From positions 1 through 39,862 of the forward strand of contig JAZGHN010000037.1 in assembly GCA_036481135.1 (NCBI GenBank): DNA of 39,862 bases. The letters are read 5' to 3'. Shown here in pieces: positions 28,565 through 36,225 of this stretch. The stretch comes from Dehalococcoidales bacterium. GTDB taxonomy: Bacteria; Chloroflexota; Dehalococcoidia; Dehalococcoidales; E44-bin46. Under the pieces are notes generated by a model. The model was not told the DNA's origin. It ran no database searches and saw only the letters and a program-made list of their open reading frames with translations. A program made the translations under genes and the position numbers. Within the stretch, counting starts at the first letter, position 1; each line of letters starts with the position of its first letter.

Positions 28565-29686
28565 GTGATGAGAGATAATACCTGTTTTGGTATAGAGGGA
28601 ATATTAGCCAAAGCACTGTGCGAGGAGTCTCTAACCAAAGGGGAGGTCCTTTCTTTACTCAGCTTAAAGCAAGCTGACGACATTAAGAAGCTCTTTGAGG
28701 TAGCACGGAGACTAAGAGACCGATATTTTGGCAATAGCATTTTTCTTTACGGGTTCCTCTACTTCTCCACCTGGTGCCGTAATAACTGTGCCTTCTGTTA
28801 TTATCGCGCCTCTAATAGATTGTGCCAGCGATATCGGAAAACTGAGCGCCAGGTTATGGAAGCGGCTCTTGAGACGGCAGACTCCGGGGTTCACCTGCTT
28901 GATTTAACTATGGGAGAAGACCCCTTTTATTACCAAGGGAAAGATGGCTTTGAGCCCCTACTACACCTGATAAAAGAGATTAAACGGCAAACATCTTTAC
29001 CGATAATGATTTCCCCCGGAGCTCTCCCCGACGAAGTTTTAGCGAAGCTATTTGAGACAGGGGCGGAGTGGTACGCCTGCTATCAGGAAACCCACAATAA
29101 AAAACTCTACCACCAGCTCCGGTTGAATCAGAGCTACAGTGATAGGCTCAGGAAGAAGTATAAGGCGGCTCAGTTAGGTGTACTCATTGAGGAAGGGATA
29201 TTAGCTGGGGTGGGGGAATCGTTAGAAGATGTAGCCGACTCTATGGAAGAGATGCGGAGGATGGGGGCTCACCAGGTGCGTGTTATGAATTTTATTCCTC
29301 AAAAGGGAACCCCCATGCATGATTTTCCTCCACCCCCTAAAATGCGTGAACTGCTAATTATTGCTGTTTTGCGTCTACTGTTTCCTCGTCGGTTGATACC
29401 TGCTTCTCTTGATGTATATGGTATTGAGGGGCTCAAGGGAAAGCTAGAAGCTGGAGCTAATGTAGTTACTTCCTTAATTCTCCCCCATTCGGATATGGTA
29501 GGTGTAGCCCAAAGTACCCTGGATATCGCCGAGGGTCACCGGACAGTAGAGGGAATAACCCCGATACTCAATGAATTGGGGCTAACCAAGGCCAGACTTG
29601 ATGATTATATCTCGTGGATTGAGAAGAAAAGAAAGAGCTATATAGATGTAGATAGGTATCGGCTTAGAGAAAAGGTATTGTTGTGA
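28565..29686 (+). CDS. pylB: 3-methylornithine synthase (radical SAM)
   Basis: CRNNCAFCYY (CX3CX2C) in FLYFSTWCRNNCAFC, then LDLTMGEDPFYY, LPIMISPG, YQETH, RLIPASLD and GANVVTS. These are collinear with the Methanosarcina PylB I recall. Confidence 0.9.
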   Translation: MMRDNTCFGIEGILAKALCEESLTKGEVLSLLSLKQADDIKKLFEVARRLRDRYFGNSIFLYGFLYFSTWCRNNCAFCYYRASNRLCQRYRKTERQVMEAALETADSGVHLLDLTMGEDPFYYQGKDGFEPLLHLIKEIKRQTSLPIMISPGALPDEVLAKLFETGAEWYACYQETHNKKLYHQLRLNQSYSDRLRKKYKAAQLGVLIEEGILAGVGESLEDVADSMEEMRRMGAHQVRVMNFIPQKGTPMHDFPPPPKMRELLIIAVLRLLFPRRLIPASLDVYGIEGLKGKLEAGANVVTSLILPHSDMVGVAQSTLDIAEGHRTVEGITPILNELGLTKARLDDYISWIEKKRKSYIDVDRYRLREKVLL

Positions 29687-30858
29687 GAGTGGCAATTGTT
29701 GGGGGGAAATTGCAGGGGGTGGAAGCAGCCTTCCTTGCTCATGAAGCAGGGTGGGAAGTAGTTCTTATCGATAAGAAATCGAGTGTGCCGGCATCAGGAT
29801 TATGCCGGTCTTGTTATCAATGCGACGTTGTTAAAGATGTTTCATCCTTGCGTCGAATTATAGAGAAGGTTGATTTGATTATCCCGGCGCTTGAGGATGT
29901 TACCGCCCTTAGAGCTCTACAGAAATGCGCGGCTGATGCCAATGTCCCTTTAGCTTATGGTACCGGAGCCTATTTTATTACCCATTCCAAAAAGCGTTCC
30001 AATCGCCTCTTTGAAAAGTTGGGTGTTCCCCAGCCACAAAGTTGGCCCCAATGCGGGCTGCCACTGATGGCAAAACTATCAACTTCAAGCGGGAGTCAAG
30101 GGGTATCTAAGATATCTACTGAGAAGGAACTTGATGATTTTATCAAGGGTGCGGGTTCAGAGCTGGGGCGCTGGATTTTACAGGAATATGTGGAGGGCCC
30201 CTCCTATTCCATCGAAGTTCTGGGCTCGGAGGGACATTACACAGCTCTCCAGGTCACAGAGCTGGAAATGGATGAGCTCTACGACTGCCATCGGGTTCTT
30301 GCTCCTGCCCAGATTGCGGAGTCACTGGACAGGCAGATTAAAGAAATGGCGCTCATCATTGCTCGGAGTCTCCATTTGAAGGGGATTATGGATGTTGAGG
30401 TCATCCTTGATAAGGATGTTCCCAAGGTGTTAGAGATTGATGCCAGACTTCCCAGCCAGACTCCTACCGCGGTCTATAAGTCCACGGGAATAAACATGCT
30501 GGAGCTATTGCGGGACATATTTGTCACCGGTACCACGCCGGTAATCCCTAGAGCAAAAGCCTCACGGGGGGTTGTTTATGAGCATGTTAGGTTTTCCCCA
30601 AACGGTTTAGAATTTCCGGGGGAACATATTATGGGAGAAGCTGACTCCCTTGAGGTCGTCCCCGGTTTCTTTGGGGCTGATATAGCGCTGACAAACTTCA
30701 ATTTGTCATCTTTTTCCTGGGTGGCAACGCTGATTATTACCGGGGAGAGCCGAGAACGAGCATGGCTTAAACGCGAGCAAGTTATAGAAAATATCAAAGG
30801 TTTACTGAAGGCTTCCAAAACCAGGTTTACTGGCATACCTTCATTGTCCAGAGGATAA
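29683..30858 (+). CDS. pylC: 3-methylornithine--L-lysine ligase (ATP-grasp)
   Basis: MRVAIVGGKLQGVEA N-terminus with ATP-grasp core (QEYVEGPSYSIEV, MDVEVI, VLEIDARLPSQTP). Position between pylB and pylD. GTGA overlap with pylB. Confidence 0.85.
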   Translation: MRVAIVGGKLQGVEAAFLAHEAGWEVVLIDKKSSVPASGLCRSCYQCDVVKDVSSLRRIIEKVDLIIPALEDVTALRALQKCAADANVPLAYGTGAYFITHSKKRSNRLFEKLGVPQPQSWPQCGLPLMAKLSTSSGSQGVSKISTEKELDDFIKGAGSELGRWILQEYVEGPSYSIEVLGSEGHYTALQVTELEMDELYDCHRVLAPAQIAESLDRQIKEMALIIARSLHLKGIMDVEVILDKDVPKVLEIDARLPSQTPTAVYKSTGINMLELLRDIFVTGTTPVIPRAKASRGVVYEHVRFSPNGLEFPGEHIMGEADSLEVVPGFFGADIALTNFNLSSFSWVATLIITGESRERAWLKREQVIENIKGLLKASKTRFTGIPSLSRG

Positions 30859-30860
30859 AT

Positions 30861-31682
30861 ATGGCAAGGTGTCTCACCAAAGAAGACGTGATAGAGGTAG
30901 TGGAGAAACTTCCTGCCTATGATGCTGAATTGGTTCGAAAAACAGGTTTGTCACTCAAAGATATTGCCACTCGCTCTATGGGGGTCAGCGAGGAGAAGGC
31001 CAAGGCTGCCATTGCTTCCCATAAAGTAGCGGTGGTGCCTATAACCGCGGGGGAGGGAGTCGTTGAATACTTTAGCGAAGCGGTTACCGGCATCTTAAAT
31101 TATCTTGGAGCCGATGTTTTTAAGACCAGCAGTACCGATATAGCTGGAGTAGCAGAGGGGGTTGAGAAAGGCGCAGACATTGTTTTCTTTGCTGATGATA
31201 ATCGCTTTATCGCCCTGAACCTTGCCTTGAGGAAGGTTATCGATAATGCTGAGTCCACAGCAAAAGGGTATGCTACCGCACTGGAAGCCATGGCTGGAGG
31301 CTTAACCCAGCGCAAGGTGCTGGTGATTGGGGGAACGGGGCGGGTAGGCTGGAATGCGGTTTTGTCTCTAAAACACAAGGGGGCAAAGGTAGCAGCTATC
31401 GACCTTAACCAAGATAGAATGGAGTCGCTGGGGAAGGAGCATAAAATTATAGTGGAAAGGAACCTGGAGGAGGCGCTCGGCCGATATACACTATTTTTTG
31501 ATGCTTCAACTTCAGCCAATATCATACAGGCAAAACATATTAAGCCAGAAACGCTTATCGCTGCTCCTGGAATGCCGCTGGGGTTAACTGAAGAGGCTCG
31601 CTCTCTGGTTAAAGAGCGCCTGATTCAGGATGTGCTGGAGATTGGTGTGGCCACCATGTTCATTCAGACCAGTTGTATTTAG
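30861..31682 (+). CDS. pylD: Pyrrolysine synthase (3-methylornithyl-N6-lysine dehydrogenase)
   Basis: 273 aa with a Rossmann motif VLVIGGTGRVG. Position after pylC. Ends with the tandem stops TAG-TGA, 27 nt before pylT. Confidence 0.85.
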   Translation: MARCLTKEDVIEVVEKLPAYDAELVRKTGLSLKDIATRSMGVSEEKAKAAIASHKVAVVPITAGEGVVEYFSEAVTGILNYLGADVFKTSSTDIAGVAEGVEKGADIVFFADDNRFIALNLALRKVIDNAESTAKGYATALEAMAGGLTQRKVLVIGGTGRVGWNAVLSLKHKGAKVAAIDLNQDRMESLGKEHKIIVERNLEEALGRYTLFFDASTSANIIQAKHIKPETLIAAPGMPLGLTEEARSLVKERLIQDVLEIGVATMFIQTSCI

Positions 31683-31709
31683 TGAGGGAGTAGCCTAAAA
31701 TATTAGACA

Positions 31710-31781
31710 GGGGGGTTGATCGGAAAGATCACACAGACTCTAAATTTGTGTAGCCGGGTGTAACTCCCGGACTCCCCGCCA
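31710..31781 (+). tRNA. pylT: tRNA-Pyl (CUA anticodon), amber suppressor
   Basis: Hand fold of GGGGGGT-T-GATC-GGAAA-GATC-A-CACAGA-CTCTAAA-TTTGTG-TAG-CCGGG-TGTAACT-CCCGG-ACTCCCC-G-CCA. One nt separates the acceptor and D stems. 5-nt D-loop without GG, 6-bp anticodon stem, 3-nt variable loop, non-TPsiC T-loop, G73 discriminator. Anticodon CTA at 31740-31742. Confidence 0.9.
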
Positions 31782-31811
31782 TAAGTTGATCGAGATAACA
31801 GGGGAAAAGCA

Positions 31812-32165
31812 TTGACAGATAAGACACACAAAAGAATCTACTGGCAACAGGTCCCCCTCTTTCAAATGATAGATAAGATCAAACTGTGGCCTTCTCGAAA
31901 GGGAGTCCTCCACGGGATCAGAACCTTTGAAACCAAGGGGGGGTCTTGTGCTTATCTGGTCACCCACTGTAATGAGCAGATAACGATACGCAATTCTAAG
32001 AACTGTCGTGCCGCCCGCTGGCTTCGCAATAAATGGTCTGTTAAGCCATGTGAGAAGTGTAAAACCCCTGAATGGAAGCTCGAAAAATATTCAGAGACAG
32101 TTTTCAAGCGTGGCCGGATTCCTGCTTATTTACTGGAGCAGACGCAACAAGCGGAGTCTAAGTAA
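31812..32165 (+). CDS. pylSn: Pyrrolysyl-tRNA synthetase N-terminal tRNA-binding polypeptide (PylSn)
   Basis: KLWPSRKGVLHGIR and IRNSKNCRAARWLRNKWSVKPCEKCK align by eye with the Methanosarcina PylRS N-domain ([39 protein letters not shown]). TTG start at 31812; an alternative ATG at 31866 is possible. Confidence 0.8.
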   Translation: MTDKTHKRIYWQQVPLFQMIDKIKLWPSRKGVLHGIRTFETKGGSCAYLVTHCNEQITIRNSKNCRAARWLRNKWSVKPCEKCKTPEWKLEKYSETVFKRGRIPAYLLEQTQQAESK

Positions 32166-32270
32166 GGTTGCCGGTGTTCACTCTCGGCTGATGAGTTGAT
32201 TCTCAGGCGATAGAGTAAGCTAAAATAGCCAATACCAATAATCACCAATAATCAATAAAGGAGGGATAAA

Positions 32271-33068
32271 GTGATAGTTCTTGGTGAGTTGATAAATTCA
32301 ACGCGAAAATCGGTGCAGAAGGCTCTTGCGGAGAAGGACGAGGCTACTATTCGCCGTCTGGCTCGAGAGCAGCTGGAGGCTGGAGCTGATATTATTGATG
32401 TGAATACTGCTACCAGCATGGAGAAGGAAATTGACGACATGAAGTGGGTGATTGGGCTTGTTTATGATGAGGTAGGAGAAGACGTACGTATAGCCATCGA
32501 TACCCCTAATCCCAAGGCTATGGCGGCAGGACTGAAGCTTTGCAAAGCCCGCCCTCTTCTTAATTCTGTTAACAACGACCCGAGACAGAAAGAGCTGATT
32601 GATATTGCCAAAGGCTCCGAAGGTGATATTGTGGGCCTCCCCATGGGAGGGAAAACGGCAATGCCTAAGACAGTAGAGGAGCGCCTTGAGGAGACCGACA
32701 TACTCGTCTGCACTCTTGAGCAGGCTGGTATAGATTTAAATCGGCTGTATGTAGACACTATAGTGATGACTATCGGCAGTAATCAGGAACAGGGTCGTGC
32801 CGTTATCAATGCTACACGCGAAGTCAAGAGACGCTTCGGCGACAAGGGAGTGAAGACATCGGTAGGGTTATCAAATGTCTCCTTTGGATTACCTAAGCGC
32901 ACCCTGCTTAATCAGGCGTTTTTGGCTATGCTTCTTGAGGCGGGACTGGATATGGCGGTCATCGACCCCAGGGATGAGGGGATGATGGACATACTACGAG
33001 CCTCAGAAGCTATAATAGGGACTGACCAGAACTGTCTTAAATACATGCGGCATGTGAGGAGCAAGTAA
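32271..33068 (+). CDS. Pterin-binding methyltransferase (methylcorrinoid:tetrahydrofolate methyltransferase, MtgA/MtrH-like)
   Basis: 265 aa with GTG start after an AAGGAGGG SD. TIM-barrel pterin-binding features (GADIIDVN, AIDTPNP, LLNSV, SVGLSNVSFGLP). Confidence 0.7.
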   Translation: MIVLGELINSTRKSVQKALAEKDEATIRRLAREQLEAGADIIDVNTATSMEKEIDDMKWVIGLVYDEVGEDVRIAIDTPNPKAMAAGLKLCKARPLLNSVNNDPRQKELIDIAKGSEGDIVGLPMGGKTAMPKTVEERLEETDILVCTLEQAGIDLNRLYVDTIVMTIGSNQEQGRAVINATREVKRRFGDKGVKTSVGLSNVSFGLPKRTLLNQAFLAMLLEAGLDMAVIDPRDEGMMDILRASEAIIGTDQNCLKYMRHVRSK

Positions 33069-33093
33069 GTTAAAGAGAGATAAAGGAGGGGCT

Positions 33094-33843
33094 ATGTTTC
33101 AGATAGTACCTGAGACTGAGTTCTCAAACTTTAAGGTGCCTCCACATGAGGTGTGGCGTTATTTAGGCTATCCTGACTCGTCCCGAGCACGCCCGGAGGT
33201 TCACGAAATCTTTAAGCGGGTGATGGAGATAGGGCCGTCCCTTCTGGCACCAGCAGCGTGTTACGATATTTTCCCCATAAAGAACATAACCTCTTCCTCT
33301 GTGGAGGTGGATGGCGTTTCCTTTGACAGCGGGGACCTGGCACTGCGCCAGCGTGAAGCAAAAGAGCTTGCCCTTTTTATAGTAACCGCCGGACGGCGCA
33401 TTGGAGAGGAGGCAGAAAAGCTTATCCAGAGCGGGGATGCTGTTCTGGGATATATACTGGATATGTTTGCCTCGGCGGCTGTGGATACCCTAGCCTACAA
33501 GGTGAGGGAGATAATCCAGGACGACATCAAATCCAAGGGCTATCAGGCAATAAATCACGGCATCTGTATCGGCAAGAAGTGCCCAGCATATAGAGATTGC
33601 GCCGGGGTAGTAGTCTACTGGTGGAGTCCCGGTTATGGAGATTGGACCGCGCTGGAGAATAAGAAGATATTCTCCCTTGTCGATGCAAACCAAATTGGAG
33701 TCCGGGTAAAAGACAGCGGCATGATGACCCCGCGGAAGTCCTATGCCTGTGCCATGCCCATTGGCCCTGAGGGAGAGAAGCCGACAGAGAAGTGCATTGA
33801 GGGGGAAAGGGAGTGGATACAACGAGGCATTAAGTCTAGATAA
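33094..33843 (+). CDS. MetH activation-domain-like protein (vitamin B12-dependent methionine synthase activation region family)
   Basis: 249 aa. By-eye resemblance to standalone Met_synt_B12-like proteins found in corrinoid methyltransferase operons. Cys-rich segment CIGKKCPAYRDC. The assignment rests on family recall and context. Confidence 0.5.
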   Translation: MFQIVPETEFSNFKVPPHEVWRYLGYPDSSRARPEVHEIFKRVMEIGPSLLAPAACYDIFPIKNITSSSVEVDGVSFDSGDLALRQREAKELALFIVTAGRRIGEEAEKLIQSGDAVLGYILDMFASAAVDTLAYKVREIIQDDIKSKGYQAINHGICIGKKCPAYRDCAGVVVYWWSPGYGDWTALENKKIFSLVDANQIGVRVKDSGMMTPRKSYACAMPIGPEGEKPTEKCIEGEREWIQRGIKSR

Positions 33844-33907
33844 GCTGCTCAGAAAGTAGTAAAGTATCCGCCCAGCTTCTCCGGGTTGTCCAAACAGCGA
33901 AGTAATC

Positions 33908-35863
33908 ATGTCAAAAGGTACAAATAAGCAATCGAAGGTCATCTTCCAGCCATCGGGGCGGAGGGGCTATGTAAACGACGGAGAGACCATCAAGCAGGCA
34001 GCACAGGAGCTGGGTGTAGGTATAGAAGGCATATGTGGCGAAAAGGCTACCTGTGGCAAGTGCAAGGTCAGGATAGAGGAAGGGGTTTTCGCCAAATATA
34101 AAGTTGAGTCCCGGATGGATAACCTCTCTCCGCCGAATAAGGCAGAGAAGAAACAACTCACCCCCCAGCAGCAGCGCGATGGCTACCGGCTTGCCTGTCA
34201 GGCTCGCATCCATGGTGATGTTGCGGTCTTCGTTCCTGAGGAGAGTCGCCTAGGTAAACAGATCATACGCAAAACGGCTCGAGAGATAGCCATCGAGTTA
34301 AAGCCATCTGTACGGAAATACTATGTAGAAATAACCCCGCCCACTCTGGATGACAACCTAGGCTGCTGGGAGCGTCTGCAGGCTGAACTCGACAAAAGCT
34401 TTGGCCTGAATGGTCTTGCTATCGACTATCAGGTGCTCCGTGTCTTACAGAGCGTGATGCGCCGGGATAATTGGAAGGTAACCGTATCGGTATGGATGAA
34501 CGGAGAGGTGGTCAATGTGGAGCCAGGCCCTGTAGAAAAGAGTTACGGTCTGGCGGTAGATATAGGCACCACCACAGTAGCTGCTTATCTCTGTGATCTG
34601 GGCACTGGCGAGATCGTAGCCACCGATTCCATGATGAATCCACAGGTGGCTTACGGCGAAGATGTGATGTCCCGCATCAGCTACTCTATGACCCGTAAAG
34701 ACGGCCTAGCGAGCATGAACCGGGCTATCATAAAGAGCCTCAACCAACTGGCGGGGCGAGCCGCTGCTGCCGCGGGTATCAAGCGGAGTGCCATCATTGA
34801 CATGGCCGTCGTCGGCAATACCTGCATGCACCACATATTCCTCAACGTTGACCCACAGTATATCGGCAGGTCACCGTTTGCTCCAGCCCTGCACCACTCT
34901 GCCGATATTAAAGCACGTGACCTGGGGCTTAAGATATCACCGGGGGCTTACGTTCACGTTCTCCCTATTGAGGCTGGTTTCGTGGGCGCTGACAATGTAG
35001 GGGTACTCATCGCTGAGGAACCATACAATCAGGACGATATGCTGCTGGTAATCGACATCGGCACCAATGGCGAGCTAGTGTTGGGCAACCGAGATAAGCT
35101 CATGTCCTCTTCCTGCGCCACCGGTCCCGCCTTTGAGGGGGCTGAGATAAAATTTGGAATGCGTGCTGCCCCGGGGTCTATCGAAAAGATAAAGATAGAC
35201 CCGGATACCAAGGAGGTGCGCTTCAAGGTTATCGGCAAGGCAGATTGGAATACGGATTTGGAAGATATGGGGGCCAAAGGTATTTGTGGGTCGGGGATAA
35301 TTGATGCCGTAGCCCAATTGTTCGTGGCGGGTATTATAGACCGAACCGGCCGATTTAACACTGATTTGAGCACGCCCCGCTTGCGAGTCAGTGAGAACAG
35401 GCCAGAGTTCGTCATCGCCTGGGCAAAGGAGACCTCCGTTAATCAGGATATCGTGCTCTCCCAGCAGGATGTAAGAAATATACAGCTGGCCAAAGGGGCT
35501 ATGTATACCGGGGCTAAGATAATGATGCGCCATTTGGGTGTGAAGAAATTGGATAAGATTATCCTGGCTGGAGCCTTCGGAAGCTACATTGATAAGGAAT
35601 CAGCGGCGGTCATAGGGCTTTTCCCAGACTGCGCTCGAGAGAACATCTACTCTGTAGGTAATGCCGCTGGCGATGGGGCACGGATAGCTCTCCTCAATGT
35701 GAACAAGAGGGCAGAGGCTGACGAAATGGCGAGGAAGGTGGAATACGTAGAATTAACCGTGGAGCCAGATTTCCAGAAGGTTTTCAGCCAAGCCATGTGG
35801 TTCCCCCACATGAAGGATAGTTTCCCCCACCTAAAGCACCTACTGCCTCAGAGCAAAGACTGA
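33908..35863 (+). CDS. RACE-type reductive activator of corrinoid enzymes (N-terminal 2Fe-2S ferredoxin plus ASKHA ATPase domain)
   Basis: 651 aa. Plant-type ferredoxin Cys pattern (CGEKATCGKCKV...ACQARI). ASKHA phosphate motifs (GLAVDIGTTTV, VIDIGTNGE, GPAFEGA). Confidence 0.8.
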   Translation: MSKGTNKQSKVIFQPSGRRGYVNDGETIKQAAQELGVGIEGICGEKATCGKCKVRIEEGVFAKYKVESRMDNLSPPNKAEKKQLTPQQQRDGYRLACQARIHGDVAVFVPEESRLGKQIIRKTAREIAIELKPSVRKYYVEITPPTLDDNLGCWERLQAELDKSFGLNGLAIDYQVLRVLQSVMRRDNWKVTVSVWMNGEVVNVEPGPVEKSYGLAVDIGTTTVAAYLCDLGTGEIVATDSMMNPQVAYGEDVMSRISYSMTRKDGLASMNRAIIKSLNQLAGRAAAAAGIKRSAIIDMAVVGNTCMHHIFLNVDPQYIGRSPFAPALHHSADIKARDLGLKISPGAYVHVLPIEAGFVGADNVGVLIAEEPYNQDDMLLVIDIGTNGELVLGNRDKLMSSSCATGPAFEGAEIKFGMRAAPGSIEKIKIDPDTKEVRFKVIGKADWNTDLEDMGAKGICGSGIIDAVAQLFVAGIIDRTGRFNTDLSTPRLRVSENRPEFVIAWAKETSVNQDIVLSQQDVRNIQLAKGAMYTGAKIMMRHLGVKKLDKIILAGAFGSYIDKESAAVIGLFPDCARENIYSVGNAAGDGARIALLNVNKRAEADEMARKVEYVELTVEPDFQKVFSQAMWFPHMKDSFPHLKHLLPQSKD

Positions 35864-35985
35864 CAGAGCAGATAGAATACTTTGCGCTTTCCCACGCAAA
35901 AGGGGCTATATGCCCCCCTCCCCATTAAGGATATGCCTTTCCAGACTCCATTCCACAGCGACACCAGTTGACCAGTATAGTGCCT

Positions 35986-36048
35986 GGAGATATAATGCAA
36001 TCGGTAAAGGAGACAGGAGCCACTGGTTCAAATCCAGTGCTGTCTCCT
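35986..36048 (+). other. tRNA-like acceptor/T-arm minihelix or truncated tRNA remnant, abutting tRNA-Leu
   Basis: AGGAGACAG(36008-36016)-GAGC-CACTGG-TTCAAAT-CCAGTG-CTGTCTCCT(36040-36048). An alternative 5' strand GGAGATA at 35986 also pairs with TGTCTCC, but that leaves only 62 nt, with no D or anticodon arm and no CCA. Confidence 0.4.
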
Positions 36049-36050
36049 GT

Positions 36051-36136
36051 GCCGAAGTGGCGGAATGGCAGACGCGCTACGTTCAGGGCGTAGTGTCCGT
36101 AAGGGCGTGTGAGTTCAAATCTCACCTTCGGCACCA
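36051..36136 (+). tRNA. tRNA-Leu(CAG)
   Basis: Acceptor GCCGAAG/CTTCGGC, anticodon loop TTCAGGG, long variable arm, T-loop TTCAAAT, encoded CCA. Confidence 0.85.
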
Positions 36137-36144
36137 TTATTAAG

Positions 36145-36221
36145 GCGCTTGTAGCTCAGTTGGACAGAGCGCAGCCCTGCGAAGGCTGAGGCCGTGGGTT
36201 CAAGCCCCACCAAGCGCACCA
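36145..36221 (+). tRNA. tRNA-Arg(GCG)
   Basis: Acceptor GCGCTTG/CAAGCGC, anticodon stem CAGCC/GGCTG, loop CTGCGAA (G34 C35 G36), T-loop TTCAAGC, encoded CCA. Confidence 0.8.
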
Positions 36222-36225
36222 CTGC

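Noticed and set aside
32188-32195. CTGATGAG, the hammerhead ribozyme core box, downstream of pylSn
   Set aside because: There is no matching GAAA box, stem II/III pairing or cleavage-site context nearby, so this is a chance octamer.
35910-36143. 77-aa (+) and 70-aa (-) ORFs
   Set aside because: They overlap the tRNA-like element and tRNA-Leu(CAG), so they are artefacts.
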